In this document: positions 9,398 through 19,228 of the stretch, piece after piece
Position numbering within the stretch: position 1 is the stretch's first letter
How the letters are laid out: each line of letters opens with the position of its first letter
From: a virus
Taxonomy: Duplodnaviria > Heunggongvirae > Uroviricota > Caudoviricetes
IMG/VR virus record: IMGVR_UViG_2778261392_000003
Strand: one strand, 5' to 3'
DNA length: 26,096 nt
The notes under the pieces: generated by a model
Database searches by the model: none
Told to the model about the DNA's origin: nothing
Seen by the model: the letters and a program-made list of their open reading frames with translations, nothing else
Program-made: the position numbers and the translations under genes

Positions 9398-9885
9398 GGA
9401 AACTCCTTTTATTGGTGTTTGCTATTTGAATAAAAATACGCCAAACAGAGTGTTAACTGTGAATCTGGAAAGAATCGTTGTAAGTACCCCGCTTAGGTGT
9501 CCCATTCTATTTTAGAGGTTCTCGTGCATATGGATTATGTTATCTGAAAGCTAACTTCCGCTTCCCGTTCACAGCGAACATTCATCTTTGTAAACCCGTA
9601 TGATCCGTTTTTCAAGTGGCCATTCAGATACGGATTTTCACTTCCTTGACAGTGCATGACTATGCTGCATGAAATCGCATGATCGATTGAGGATCGTCTT
9701 TGCTCAGATCCGCCAGAACTGGCGGGCTTTTGCTCATGTCATGCATGTGCATGAAAACCACTGCATAAAGCGGGCAGGCGTGGCGGGGATACGAGCGCGC
9801 GGCAGTGGATATGTTCACAAAACGGATGAAATCTAACATGTAATGTCATATTATCTAAAAGCTGTTAAGTATGACGGGAGGAATA

Positions 9886-11124
9886 ATGCGACATTTCATC
9901 GAAACTATCTTCTTTAAAAGGAACGATGAGCCTTACACATTAAATCTTGATGGTAAGAATCTAATAATATCAGGAGATAATGGCTCTGGTAAAACTAGGT
10001 TGATCGAGAATATTTATGAGTTTATAGAAAAATCGATTAATTCACATGATCCTTATACTAAGGAGCAGCTACAAAAGGAATTGAATTCCAGTCAAGAAAA
10101 CTTAAAGTATTCAAATAGAGGGGATGGTAATTATAGCTATTTAAACGAAGAAATTGAGAGACTGAAAGAAAAATTAAAAGAATTTGAGAGCTTTGATATT
10201 ACTTTTAATGATGTGGTTGATTTCAGGGTTGCTGCAAAAAAGAAAAAATCAATTATAAGATTATTTCCTGCTATTCGAGAAGCGAAAATAAAAAATGATG
10301 GTAAGATTAGCAGCCTCGATTTGTTGTTAACTGAGTATGGGAACGCACAGAGAAATAATTCTAAGATTGATGCTGGTATGTATTTTGAAAGATACATAGT
10401 TACATTGTGGAATTATGCTTTAGTCAGTAAGGGAGTGGGCAAGGATGATGACTATAAAAGAGCCTTTGATATTATTGAGAGTATTAATGATGACTTAAAA
10501 GAACTTTTTGAAGATGAAAGTATTAGAATGGATTTTGATCTCGACAAGTTGAAAATCTATCTTTTACAAAATAATAAGGAACCATTTGGACTTGATAAGT
10601 TGTCATCTGGTTTTTCATCAATTCTTTCTATTTATACTGATTTATTGATAAAAGCAGAGCTTGATAAAATCAGAAAACATGATATGACAGGGATAGTACT
10701 TATTGATGAAATTGATGCTCATCTTCATGTAACATTGCAAAAGAAAGTATTTAGTTTTTTTTCATCATCTTTTCCGCAAATACAATTTATTGTTTCTACG
10801 CATTCACCTTTCGTAATCCAATCAGTATCTGATGCGATTATATTTAATCTCTCAACATTGGATCAGATGGGTGATTTATCATTGTATTCTTACACAGCAA
10901 TTATAAAGGGATTGTTGGGTGAGGATGTATCTTCGGATAAGCTAAATGCATTAGTTAAAGAATTAATGACTTTAGTAGAAAATAATGTCTTCGACGATAG
11001 ATTTCATTCTATAATGAAAACGTTACAGAAGAGTATTGATTTTCTTGATAAAAGTTCAAAAGCAGCTTTTATGATCGCTAAGAGTAAATATTTAGATTAT
11101 AGCGAAAGGGAAGACGATGTTTAA
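9886..11124 (+). CDS. ptuA: ABC/AAA15-type ATPase, Septu PtuA-like
   Basis: Walker A GDNGSGKT, ABC signature-like LSSGF, Walker B IVLIDEIDAHLH, H-loop STHSPF; coiled-coil-like insert; start taken at ATG 9886 (GGAGG upstream), alternative ATG 9871; AT-rich by eye. Confidence 0.65.
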   Translation: MRHFIETIFFKRNDEPYTLNLDGKNLIISGDNGSGKTRLIENIYEFIEKSINSHDPYTKEQLQKELNSSQENLKYSNRGDGNYSYLNEEIERLKEKLKEFESFDITFNDVVDFRVAAKKKKSIIRLFPAIREAKIKNDGKISSLDLLLTEYGNAQRNNSKIDAGMYFERYIVTLWNYALVSKGVGKDDDYKRAFDIIESINDDLKELFEDESIRMDFDLDKLKIYLLQNNKEPFGLDKLSSGFSSILSIYTDLLIKAELDKIRKHDMTGIVLIDEIDAHLHVTLQKKVFSFFSSSFPQIQFIVSTHSPFVIQSVSDAIIFNLSTLDQMGDLSLYSYTAIIKGLLGEDVSSDKLNALVKELMTLVENNVFDDRFHSIMKTLQKSIDFLDKSSKAAFMIAKSKYLDYSEREDDV

Positions 11125-11788
11125 TGTTACTAGAAACATTCCTGCACCTCAATGCTTGTCGAGAAAAGTATATAACCATAAAACAGTTGTAAATGCTTTA
11201 GACGAAATATTTCATGGAAAATGTTATCTCTGTGAGCAAGGTAATCTTATGGATCCAGAGATAGAACATTTTATTCCACATCGTGATCTTGATGAGCTCA
11301 AATATGATTGGAACAATCTATTTTTAGCTTGCAGTCGATGCAATAGTATTAAAAGTGATTCTTTTGAAAACTTACTTGATTGCACAAAGAGTGATGTTGA
11401 TGTTTTCAGTGAGATTGTTCATCTCGCAGGGAACGCTATAACGAGTGGTGTTCAAGTATACCCAAGAAGAAAAAGACCAAGTAGAAAGGTTTTAAATACA
11501 GTCAAATTATTAGATAAGTGTTTTAACTCTTCGAGTACGGGGTTGAGGGGCATTACAAGAGCAAATCTCTCAGAGAAGTTACAAGATGAATTGTTTTACT
11601 TTACTGGTTGGAGAATGAAACTTGTCAGTGATCGAAGCACAGAACAAGAAATCCAAGAGGCCAAGAATAAGCTAAAGCCAATGTGTAATGTATCATATCC
11701 ATTTTCTGTTTTTTGGCGTTGGCATTTATTAACTGATATTCGAGTAATGAAAAAATTCCCAAGAATCAGAGATGAGCTTGGTTTTTAA
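11117..11788 (+). CDS. ptuB: HNH endonuclease, Septu PtuB-like
   Basis: 223 aa; CxxC (CYLCEQ), HFIPH, and NLFLACSRCNSIK form a classic HNH zinc-finger nuclease motif; 8-nt overlap with upstream ATPase gene (translational coupling). Confidence 0.65.
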   Translation: MFNVTRNIPAPQCLSRKVYNHKTVVNALDEIFHGKCYLCEQGNLMDPEIEHFIPHRDLDELKYDWNNLFLACSRCNSIKSDSFENLLDCTKSDVDVFSEIVHLAGNAITSGVQVYPRRKRPSRKVLNTVKLLDKCFNSSSTGLRGITRANLSEKLQDELFYFTGWRMKLVSDRSTEQEIQEAKNKLKPMCNVSYPFSVFWRWHLLTDIRVMKKFPRIRDELGF

Positions 11789-11793
11789 TTTTT

Positions 11794-11812
11794 AGGGCCG
11801 ATTCTAGGCCCT
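11794..11812. terminator. Bidirectional hairpin terminator between ptuB-like and portal genes (AGGGCC-N7-GGCCCT)
   Basis: 6-bp GC stem, 7-nt loop, flanked by T/A runs on both sides; sits in the 37-bp gap between convergent genes. Confidence 0.45.
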
Positions 11813-11825
11813 GTGTTATCATTAT

Positions 11826-12854
11826 TTAAGTTAAACTATAATCTTCAAATTGGATTATATCTTCATCTATCCAATAATTTAGTTCTTGTAACCGTTTTTG
11901 TAAAGGTATCAGTTCATTTATAACAAAAACCTTACTAGCCTTCTCCACATCCCCAAACCCCCCAACATTATTAGGCATTATCCCCATCATTTGCGGCGGC
12001 ACGCGGTGCGCAGCCATCATGTCATCACGGCTCACGTTCTTGATATTCAAAAACTCATCCTTCGCCGCGACTTCTGACAATGGGATGATCTGAAGCCCGT
12101 CCTTTTTGCCGTTAGGCGAGTACATAAACAGGTTGCGGAAGTTACCCGGTCCTTTGGCGCTTTTCATCGCGTTGCGGAGGTTGTTCACATCCTCCTGGTT
12201 CTGCGCGGCATCGGTCATGTACATGATGAAGCCAGCATGACTGCCGTTTATGTAATACTTTCGACGGAACAGCGTGGCGGACTCATTGAGCAGGGCGGAC
12301 GGAATAGCAGAAAGATAACCGGGCAGGCCGTAGATCTCCTGGTTGATATCGGGTTCCATCAGATGAAAGATGCTGCCTTTCGTGAACTGATACGGCTGGG
12401 TTGTCATACCGTATTGCACAAACCAGTAGGTATCCAGGTCTAACCCGCGTCGGGTGTATTTTGCCAGAGCAGGCTCAAGGGCGATAACTTCACCGAAGCG
12501 GTTCGTGCGTTTCTCCAGGTAGGCGTTACCAAATACCAGATAGTCCTGCACAAAACGTGAAAAAGCCTGCTGGCTGAGCAGCGGGTGGGGGATGTAGGTA
12601 CTGGTCAGAATGTTGCATTTCACCGCAATTGGTGAACTGTGATGCACGGCGGCGCGGAAGGTGCGCGCCAGTCCGTCAAAGCTTACTGGCGGCTCATACC
12701 AGCGATCTGTCTGTACGCATTCCACATAGTCCAGTAGTTCGCGGCGGTCCAGAACAGGAACGGGATCGCCAAAGCTGAATGCTTCGGCTGTAGTTTGACT
12801 TTTATGCTGGATCTGGTTCGTCGACGCAGCGCGGTTCTTCTTACTCTTTCCCAT
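11826..12854 (-). CDS. Q: Portal protein (P2 gpQ-like)
   Basis: 342 aa; synteny and size; ATGA overlap with terminase P stop. Confidence 0.9.
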   Translation of the reverse strand: MGKSKKNRAASTNQIQHKSQTTAEAFSFGDPVPVLDRRELLDYVECVQTDRWYEPPVSFDGLARTFRAAVHHSSPIAVKCNILTSTYIPHPLLSQQAFSRFVQDYLVFGNAYLEKRTNRFGEVIALEPALAKYTRRGLDLDTYWFVQYGMTTQPYQFTKGSIFHLMEPDINQEIYGLPGYLSAIPSALLNESATLFRRKYYINGSHAGFIMYMTDAAQNQEDVNNLRNAMKSAKGPGNFRNLFMYSPNGKKDGLQIIPLSEVAAKDEFLNIKNVSRDDMMAAHRVPPQMMGIMPNNVGGFGDVEKASKVFVINELIPLQKRLQELNYWIDEDIIQFEDYSLT

Positions 12855-14620
12855 CAAAAAATCTCCACAATATTACTGGTATTGGCGGACTCGCCCTGCA
12901 GTGGTTCGTTAAACAGTGCGTGCATTGTTGCCCAGGCCAGATCGGCGTGGCTGGCTTCTTCGCTGCGGCTGGCTTCATAGGTTGGGCGGTTGCCACTGGC
13001 GGTGGTTGCGCGACGGATTGCCATGAATGACTGCGCAATGTCGGTGTGCCCGGCGTCAAACTCCAGACGGCGGTGGCTGATAATGTCGTAGGCCTTGAGT
13101 ACCAGGGCGTTTTTAACGTTGGGGTTGTAGACAAACTCCCGGACGGCAGGAAAGAACGCTTTCACGTTCTCGTAAACCCCGTGACCAACGCCGGTTGAGT
13201 CGATACCGATATAAGTCACGTTGTACTGTTCGGTAAGTTTTTTGATGGCGTCAGCCTGGGCGCGGAAGTCCATCCCGCGCCACTGGTGACGCTCAAGAAT
13301 GCGGAACTTACCACCCGGCACGGCTGGCGGTGCCACCACCACGCATCCAGCGCTGTCGCCGTTTTGCGTACCTTTTGCCGGGTCATAACCGATCCACACT
13401 TCGCGCCAGTCAAACGGGCGCAGCGCCAGTGCATGAAAGTCGGTCCAGACTTCCCAACTGTCCACCATGCACGCCTGCAGCTCGCTGAGCGGAAACACGG
13501 ACGCGAGATCGTCCACAAACTCGCACATCAGCAGGTTCTGGTATTCGTCTGGGCTGTACTCCATGCGTAGCTGGTCGAGGTCGAACAGGTTACAGCCGCC
13601 GCGCACCGCATCTTCCACGGTGACTATCTGGCGGTATTGCCCGTCTGCGCACAGCAGGCCGGGGGCCAGATTGCTGTGGGACAGGTCGATGTCCACCTTA
13701 TCGGCTTTGTTGCGCCCACGGTTGAACAGCGCACCGGACCAGAACGGATAAGCACTGTGTGTCAGACTGGATGGCGTGGAAAAATAGGTTTGTCGCCATT
13801 TTTTGTGAATAGCCATACCGGAAGCCACTTTGCGCAGCTCCTGGAATTTCGGTATCCAGAAATATTCATCCAGATACAGGTTGCCGTGGTAACTCTGGGC
13901 CGTGCGGGCATTGGTGCCGAGGAAGTAAAGCGTGGCCCCGTTAGGAAGCACCATCGGATCGCCTTTCAGCTCCACCTCCACTTCTTTGGCAAAGTCGATG
14001 ATGTACTGTTTAAAGACGTGGGCCTGAGCCTTGCTGGCAGAAAGGAAAATCTGGTTACGCCCGGTCAGCAGGGCGTCAATCAGGGCTTCACGGGCAAAGT
14101 AAAAGGTCGCGCCGATCTGGCGTGACTTCAGCAGGTTGCGGATGCGGTTGGTTTTTCCGGCTTCCCACCAGTGGCGCTGGTAGTTGAACATAGAGGAATG
14201 GAAGATTTCTTCCAGCTTCTCAATCTGTTCATCGGTGAAGACATTCTTTTCCGGCTGACGACGTGGGCCTTTGTTGCGGTTGGCAACGTTAGGGTTTAAG
14301 TCGGCTTCGTTGCCGCCATTGTTAAACTTGCCGATCCGCGCGTGGCGCTCAGACTGGCGTGCCAGCAGGTCAATTTCTTTGAAATCTTTCCCTTCTTTGT
14401 GCTCCTTCATAATGAGCTGGCAGTAGCGTGCGGCGGTGGTGAGCTGCATCTGATCCAGCGGCCCATAGTCACCCCACTTGTCGCGTTTTTTCCAGCTGTG
14501 AACGGTTGCAACTTTCTCGCCCAGCATTTCAGCAATGCGGGCGACGCGGTATCCCTGAAAGTACAGCAGCATGGCCTGCCGACGGGGATCGAGATCTGCG
14601 GGTGTCAGTGTGGTGTTCAT
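12854..14620 (-). CDS. P: Terminase large (ATPase) subunit (P2 gpP-like)
   Basis: 588 aa; position divergent from O-N-M operon; characteristic size. Confidence 0.9.
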   Translation of the reverse strand: MNTTLTPADLDPRRQAMLLYFQGYRVARIAEMLGEKVATVHSWKKRDKWGDYGPLDQMQLTTAARYCQLIMKEHKEGKDFKEIDLLARQSERHARIGKFNNGGNEADLNPNVANRNKGPRRQPEKNVFTDEQIEKLEEIFHSSMFNYQRHWWEAGKTNRIRNLLKSRQIGATFYFAREALIDALLTGRNQIFLSASKAQAHVFKQYIIDFAKEVEVELKGDPMVLPNGATLYFLGTNARTAQSYHGNLYLDEYFWIPKFQELRKVASGMAIHKKWRQTYFSTPSSLTHSAYPFWSGALFNRGRNKADKVDIDLSHSNLAPGLLCADGQYRQIVTVEDAVRGGCNLFDLDQLRMEYSPDEYQNLLMCEFVDDLASVFPLSELQACMVDSWEVWTDFHALALRPFDWREVWIGYDPAKGTQNGDSAGCVVVAPPAVPGGKFRILERHQWRGMDFRAQADAIKKLTEQYNVTYIGIDSTGVGHGVYENVKAFFPAVREFVYNPNVKNALVLKAYDIISHRRLEFDAGHTDIAQSFMAIRRATTASGNRPTYEASRSEEASHADLAWATMHALFNEPLQGESANTSNIVEIF

Positions 14621-14666
14621 GGCACAAACCTACAGCCTTGAATGAAGGCTTTCCCCGCCTGCGGTT

Positions 14667-14684
14667 TGTGTGGTTGTCGGTACA
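14667..14684. promoter_or_regulatory. Late-promoter activator site TGT-N12-ACA (Ogr/B/Delta-type) in the P/O divergent region
   Basis: TGTgtggttgtcggtACA read directly; dyad of the type bound by P2 Ogr-family zinc-finger activators, roughly 80 bp upstream of the O start. Confidence 0.45.
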
Positions 14685-14762
14685 AATACCGCGCATTGTT
14701 TCACTGCCCCCATCACCGCAACCATAAGGCTCCAGTAAGTTTTTTCTAACGGAGCACGGCTC

Positions 14763-15596
14763 ATGACAGTGAAAGCAAAGCGTTTTCGCATCGGGGTGGA
14801 AGGTGCCACCACCGACGGACGCGAAATCCAGCGTGAATGGCTGGAACAGATGGCAGCCAGCTACAACCCGGCGGTGTATACCGCGCTGATTAACCTTGAG
14901 CACATCAAGTCTTATCTGCCGGACAGCACCTTTAACCGCTACGGCAAGGTGACTGCGCTGTTTGCTGAAGAAATCACGGAAGGTCCGCTGGCAGGCAAGA
15001 TGGCGCTGTATGCCGACGTTGAGCCAACGGAGTCCCTGGTGGAACTGGTGAAAAAAGGCCAGAAATTATTCACCTCTATGGAAGTCAGCCCGAAGTTTGC
15101 TGATACGGGCAAAGCCTACCTGGTCGGCCTGGCTGCCACTGATGACCCTGCCAGTCTGGGCACTGAAATGCTGACATTCAGCGCCAGTGCAGCCCATAAC
15201 CCGCTGGCAAACCGCAAGCAGAATCCCGCCAATCTTTTTACCGCTGCAGAGGAAACGGTGATCGAACTGGAAGAAATCCAGGATGACAAACCGTCCCTGT
15301 TTGCCCGTGTCACGGCGCTGTTCACCAAAAAAGAGCAGTCCGATGACGCCCGGTTCTCTGATGTGCATAAGGCCGTGGAACTGGTCGCCACTGAGCAGCA
15401 GAACCTGAGTGCGCGCACCGAAAAATCCCTGTCTGAGCAGGAAGAACGCCTGTCTGAGCTGGAGACTGCCCTGCAGGCACAGCAGACCGCCTTTAACGAA
15501 CTGGTGGACAAGCTGAGCCATGAAGACAGCCGCCAGGACTACCGCCAGCGTGCAACAGGCGGTAACGCCCCCGCTGACACTCTGACCAATTGCTGA
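14763..15596 (+). CDS. O: Capsid scaffolding protein (P2 gpO-like)
   Basis: 277 aa; AACGGAG RBS; first gene of the O-N-M-L operon. Confidence 0.85.
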   Translation: MTVKAKRFRIGVEGATTDGREIQREWLEQMAASYNPAVYTALINLEHIKSYLPDSTFNRYGKVTALFAEEITEGPLAGKMALYADVEPTESLVELVKKGQKLFTSMEVSPKFADTGKAYLVGLAATDDPASLGTEMLTFSASAAHNPLANRKQNPANLFTAAEETVIELEEIQDDKPSLFARVTALFTKKEQSDDARFSDVHKAVELVATEQQNLSARTEKSLSEQEERLSELETALQAQQTAFNELVDKLSHEDSRQDYRQRATGGNAPADTLTNC

Positions 15597-15612
15597 TGGA
15601 GCACAAAACCTG

Positions 15613-16671
15613 ATGAAGAAGAATACCCGCTTTGCTTTTAACGCTTACCTGCAGCAACTGGCGCGTCTGAACGGTGTGGCAGTTGAAGAACTGTCCAGCA
15701 AGTTCACCGTAGAGCCGTCCGTGCAGCAGACATTGGAAGACCAGATCCAGCAGTCCGCCGCTTTCCTGACGCTGATTAACGTCACGCCAGTGACTGAGCA
15801 GTCCGGTCAGCTGCTGGGGTTGGGAGTTGGCAGCACCATTGCCGGAACCACTGATACCACCGCGAAAGAGCGTGAACCTGTCGATCCGACGCTGATGGTC
15901 GATGTGGAATATAAATGCGAGCAGACCAACTTTGACACGGTACTGACCTACGCGAAGCTGGACCTGTGGGCGAAGTTTCAGGATTTTCAGGTGCGTATCC
16001 GTGACGCCATCGTGAAACGTCAGGCACTGGACCGCATCATGATCGGCTTTAACGGCGTGAAGCGTGCGAAAACCTCCAACCGTAGCGAAAACCCGCTACT
16101 GCAGGATGTGAATAAAGGCTGGCTGCAGAAAATCCGTGAGGATGCACCGGATCACGTCATGGGCAGCACCACCACGGGCGGTGAAACCACACCGGGTGCG
16201 GTGAAAGTCGGGAAAGGTGGCGAATATGCCAACCTGGACGCCGTGGTGATGGATGCCGTCAATGAGCTTATCGACGTGGTCTACCAGGACGATGACGATC
16301 TGGTGGTGATTTGCGGGCGTGAACTGCTGTCTGACAAGTATTTCCCGCTGGTTAACAAAGAGCAGGAAAACAGTGAAAAACTGGCTGCCGATATGATCAT
16401 CAGTCAGAAACGCATGGGTGGCCTGCAGGCCGTGCGTGCGCCGTTCTTCCCGCCGAATGCACTGCTGATCACCCGTCTGGATAACCTGTCCATCTACTGG
16501 CAGGAAGACACCCGCCGCCGCTCAGTTATCGACAACCCGAAACGTGACCGGATTGAAAACTTTGAATCCGTTAACGAAGCCTATGTGGTTGAGGACTACC
16601 GCTGCGCCGCACTGGTGGAAAACATCCAGATTGGCAACTTCAGCGCCGCCGCAGCAGAAGCCGGAGCGTAA
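15613..16671 (+). CDS. N: Major capsid protein (P2 gpN-like)
   Basis: 352 aa; size and position. Confidence 0.9.
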   Translation: MKKNTRFAFNAYLQQLARLNGVAVEELSSKFTVEPSVQQTLEDQIQQSAAFLTLINVTPVTEQSGQLLGLGVGSTIAGTTDTTAKEREPVDPTLMVDVEYKCEQTNFDTVLTYAKLDLWAKFQDFQVRIRDAIVKRQALDRIMIGFNGVKRAKTSNRSENPLLQDVNKGWLQKIREDAPDHVMGSTTTGGETTPGAVKVGKGGEYANLDAVVMDAVNELIDVVYQDDDDLVVICGRELLSDKYFPLVNKEQENSEKLAADMIISQKRMGGLQAVRAPFFPPNALLITRLDNLSIYWQEDTRRRSVIDNPKRDRIENFESVNEAYVVEDYRCAALVENIQIGNFSAAAAEAGA

Positions 16672-16674
16672 ACC

Positions 16675-17325
16675 ATGAGCCTGAGTCCCGCACGGCAGCA
16701 TCGCCTGCGCGTTCAGGCTGAACAGGCCGCCCGTGAGGGCGGCAGTGTTCGCCACGCGTCGGGCTATGACCTGATGCTGCTGCAACTGGCGGAAGACCGC
16801 CGCCGTCTCAAGGGCGTTCAGTCCACGGTGAAAAAAGCGGAAATAAAGGTGGAGCTGCTGCCGAAATATGCCGCCTGGGCGGAGGGCGTCCTGGCTGCCG
16901 GAGGCGCTCAACAGGATGACGTGCTGATGTACGTGATGCTGTGGCGCATTGATGCCGGAGATTATGCCGGGGCGCTGGAGATCGGGCGTCATGCCCTGCG
17001 TCATGGCTGGGTGATGCCGCTGGGTAACCGCAACGTGCAGACCGTGCTGGCAGAGGAAATGGCAGATGCAGCGCAGAGCGCAATGCTTGCCGCCACCGGC
17101 TTTGATGCCGATCTATTGCTGCAGACGCTGGAGCTGACAGACGGTCTGGATATGCCGGACCAGTCACGGGCGCGTCTGCATAAAGCGATTGGCGCTGTCC
17201 TGAGTGAAAGCAATCCGGCTTCCGCCCTTAATCATCTCAACCATGCGTTACAGCTCGATCCCCGCTGTGGCGTGAAAAAAGACAAACAGCAGCTGGAGCG
17301 CAGACTGCGCAATGACAGCCGCTGA
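16675..17325 (+). CDS. M: Terminase small/endonuclease subunit (P2 gpM-like)
   Basis: 216 aa; follows N by 3 nt. Confidence 0.85.
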   Translation: MSLSPARQHRLRVQAEQAAREGGSVRHASGYDLMLLQLAEDRRRLKGVQSTVKKAEIKVELLPKYAAWAEGVLAAGGAQQDDVLMYVMLWRIDAGDYAGALEIGRHALRHGWVMPLGNRNVQTVLAEEMADAAQSAMLAATGFDADLLLQTLELTDGLDMPDQSRARLHKAIGAVLSESNPASALNHLNHALQLDPRCGVKKDKQQLERRLRNDSR

Positions 17326-17420
17326 CAGAACGTGCCCCCGCGCACGGGCGGCACGGGGTGGCGAAAGGCACTGCCACATCAAAACCCCGTCCACCGCCCT
17401 TTATTTCAGGAGAAAGCAGC

Positions 17421-17885
17421 ATGAAGTTTGTTGCGCCAGAACAGGCACCGGAACAGGCGGAAATCATCAGAAATACGCCGTTCTGGCCTGATGTGGACCT
17501 GTCGGAGTTTCGCTGTGTCATGCGCACTGACGGCACGGTGACGCAGCCGCGTTTAAAGCAGGTTGCGCTGTCGGCAATTTCGGAGGTCAACGCAGAGCTG
17601 TATGAGTTTCGCAGACGTCAGCAGATGCTGGGATATGCCTCGCTGGCAGAGGTTCCGGCGGAACAGTTGGACGGCAAAAGTGAGCGCATTCATCACTATT
17701 TCAACGCGGTTTACTGCTGGGCACGCGCCATGCTCAACGAGCGTTATCAGGACTATGACGCCACGGCATCCGGTGTGAAGCGGGGCGAGGAACTGGCGGA
17801 AGCAAGCGGTGATTTGTGGCGTGACGCCCGCTGGGCCATCAGCCGGGTGCAGGATGCGCCGCACTGCACAGTGGAGCTTATCTGA
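17421..17885 (+). CDS. L: Head completion/stabilisation protein (P2 gpL-like)
   Basis: ATG 17421 preceded by CAGGAGAAAG RBS; the ORF-track 5' extension to 17358 lacks an RBS. Confidence 0.8.
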   Translation: MKFVAPEQAPEQAEIIRNTPFWPDVDLSEFRCVMRTDGTVTQPRLKQVALSAISEVNAELYEFRRRQQMLGYASLAEVPAEQLDGKSERIHHYFNAVYCWARAMLNERYQDYDATASGVKRGEELAEASGDLWRDARWAISRVQDAPHCTVELI

Positions 17886-18088
17886 TGAAAGTGCGTGCGC
17901 ATCAGTATGACACGGTGGACGCGCTTTGCTGGCGTCATTACGGGCGCACGCAGGGTGTCACGGAGCAGGTACTGAAGGCAAATCCGGGGCTTGCCGAATA
18001 CGGCCCCTTTTTACCTCACGGGCTGCAGGTGGAGCTGCCGGACATACCGACAACCACCACCGTGCAGACCGTCCAGCTATGGGACTGA
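17885..18088 (+). CDS. X: Tail protein X (P2 gpX-like, LysM-like)
   Basis: 67 aa, same size and position as P2 X; ATGA overlap with L. Confidence 0.8.
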   Translation: MKVRAHQYDTVDALCWRHYGRTQGVTEQVLKANPGLAEYGPFLPHGLQVELPDIPTTTTVQTVQLWD

Positions 18089-18091
18089 ATT

Positions 18092-18307
18092 ATGACGCTT
18101 GAGCGAATCAGCGCCTTTATCACGTATTGCATCGCCGTCGTGCTGGCCTGGCTGGGCGATTTGTCCATCAAGGATGCCTCAACGCTGGGCGGCCTGATGA
18201 TTGGTGTGCTGATGCTGGCTATCAACTGGTACTACAAACACAAAGCCTACCAGCTTCTGCGCGACGGGCAGATCTCGCGGGAGGACTATGAATCCATCAA
18301 TCGTTAA
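18092..18307 (+). CDS. Holin (small membrane protein)
   Basis: 71 aa with hydrophobic segments (ISAFITYCIAVVLAWL; GGLMIGVLMLAINWYY) and charged C-terminus; directly upstream of endolysin. Confidence 0.7.
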   Translation: MTLERISAFITYCIAVVLAWLGDLSIKDASTLGGLMIGVLMLAINWYYKHKAYQLLRDGQISREDYESINR

Positions 18308-18803
18308 ACGCTGCCTTGTCGGGGCCGTGCTGGCTATTGCTGCCGCGCTACCGGGTTTTCAGCAGCTTCACACCTCCGTGGAGGGGCTGAAACTGATTGC
18401 CGATTACGAAGGCTGTCGTCTGCAGCCGTATCAGTGCAGCGCGGGTGTCTGGACCGACGGCATTGGTAATACATCTGGCGTCATTCCAGGCAAAACCATT
18501 ACGGAACGACAGGCCGCGGAAGGGCTGATCTCCAACGTGCTGCGTGTGGAGCGGGCACTGGAAAGGTGTGTGAAGCAACAGCCACCGCAGAAAGTGTATG
18601 ACGCGGTGGTGTCATTTGCCTTCAACGTGGGGACAGGCAATGCCTGCAGTTCCACGCTGGTGAAATTGCTCAATCAGCGGCGCTGGGCGGATGCGTGCCG
18701 ACAGTTGCCGCGCTGGGTTTATGTAAAAGGTGTGTTTAATCAGGGGCTGGATAACCGCCGTGCGCGGGAGATGGCCTGGTGCCTTAAAGGAGCTGGACTA
18801 TGA
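18288..18803 (+). CDS. K: Endolysin, lysozyme/GH24-like (P2 gpK-like)
   Basis: 171 aa; lysozyme-like motif EGCRLQPYQCSAGVWTDGIGNT; GGGAGGA RBS. Confidence 0.85.
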   Translation: MNPSIVKRCLVGAVLAIAAALPGFQQLHTSVEGLKLIADYEGCRLQPYQCSAGVWTDGIGNTSGVIPGKTITERQAAEGLISNVLRVERALERCVKQQPPQKVYDAVVSFAFNVGTGNACSSTLVKLLNQRRWADACRQLPRWVYVKGVFNQGLDNRRAREMAWCLKGAGL

Positions 18804-19228
18804 CGCGTGCGCTGGCAGTAGTGGTGGCGCTGGCACTCGTTGCGCTGGGCTGGCAGTCGTGGCGGCTTAACAGCGCCAGCCACACCATCGAAACGCAGCG
18901 CGCGGCGCTGAAAAGTAAAGCGCAGGAACTGACGAAGAAAAACAGCCAGCTTATCAGCCTGTCCATTCTGACTGAAACCAATAACCGGGAGCAGGCGCGG
19001 CTCTATGCCGAAGCAGAACAGACCAGCGCACTGCTGAGACAACGACAACACCGGATCGAGGAACTGAAACGTGAGAACGAGGATTTACGCCGCTGGGCTG
19101 ATACTCCTTTGCCTGCTGACATTATCCGGCTGCGGGAACGTCCGGCACTCACCGGAGGTACAGCTTACCGTCAGTGGTTGTCCGCGAGTGACGCCGTGTT
19201 GGCTGGATCAGGCAACGCCGCGCACTAA
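18800..19228 (+). CDS. lysB: Inner-membrane spanin (LysB/Rz-like)
   Basis: N-terminal TM segment (LAVVVALALVALGW) followed by coiled-coil-like charged region; ATGA overlap with endolysin. Confidence 0.7.
   Translation: MTRALAVVVALALVALGWQSWRLNSASHTIETQRAALKSKAQELTKKNSQLISLSILTETNNREQARLYAEAEQTSALLRQRQHRIEELKRENEDLRRWADTPLPADIIRLRERPALTGGTAYRQWLSASDAVLAGSGNAAH

Noticed and set aside
9398-11788. Possibility that the ATPase/HNH pair is the effector of a type I-A-like retron with the upstream structured region as msr/msd
   Set aside because: No reverse transcriptase ORF exists anywhere in the window; the locus is bounded by the acidic gene and the portal gene, so a complete retron cannot be supported.
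17358-17420. 5' extension of gene L from 17358
   Set aside because: No RBS at that start, whereas ATG 17421 has a strong CAGGAGAAAG upstream.
12841-17590. Numerous 60-160 aa antisense or alternate-frame ORFs inside terminase, scaffold, capsid and M/L genes (e.g. 13216-13518, 15066-15521, 16522-17004, 16808-17167)
   Set aside because: They lie entirely within strongly supported phage structural genes in GC-rich DNA where stop-free antisense frames are expected by chance; no RBS or family resemblance.
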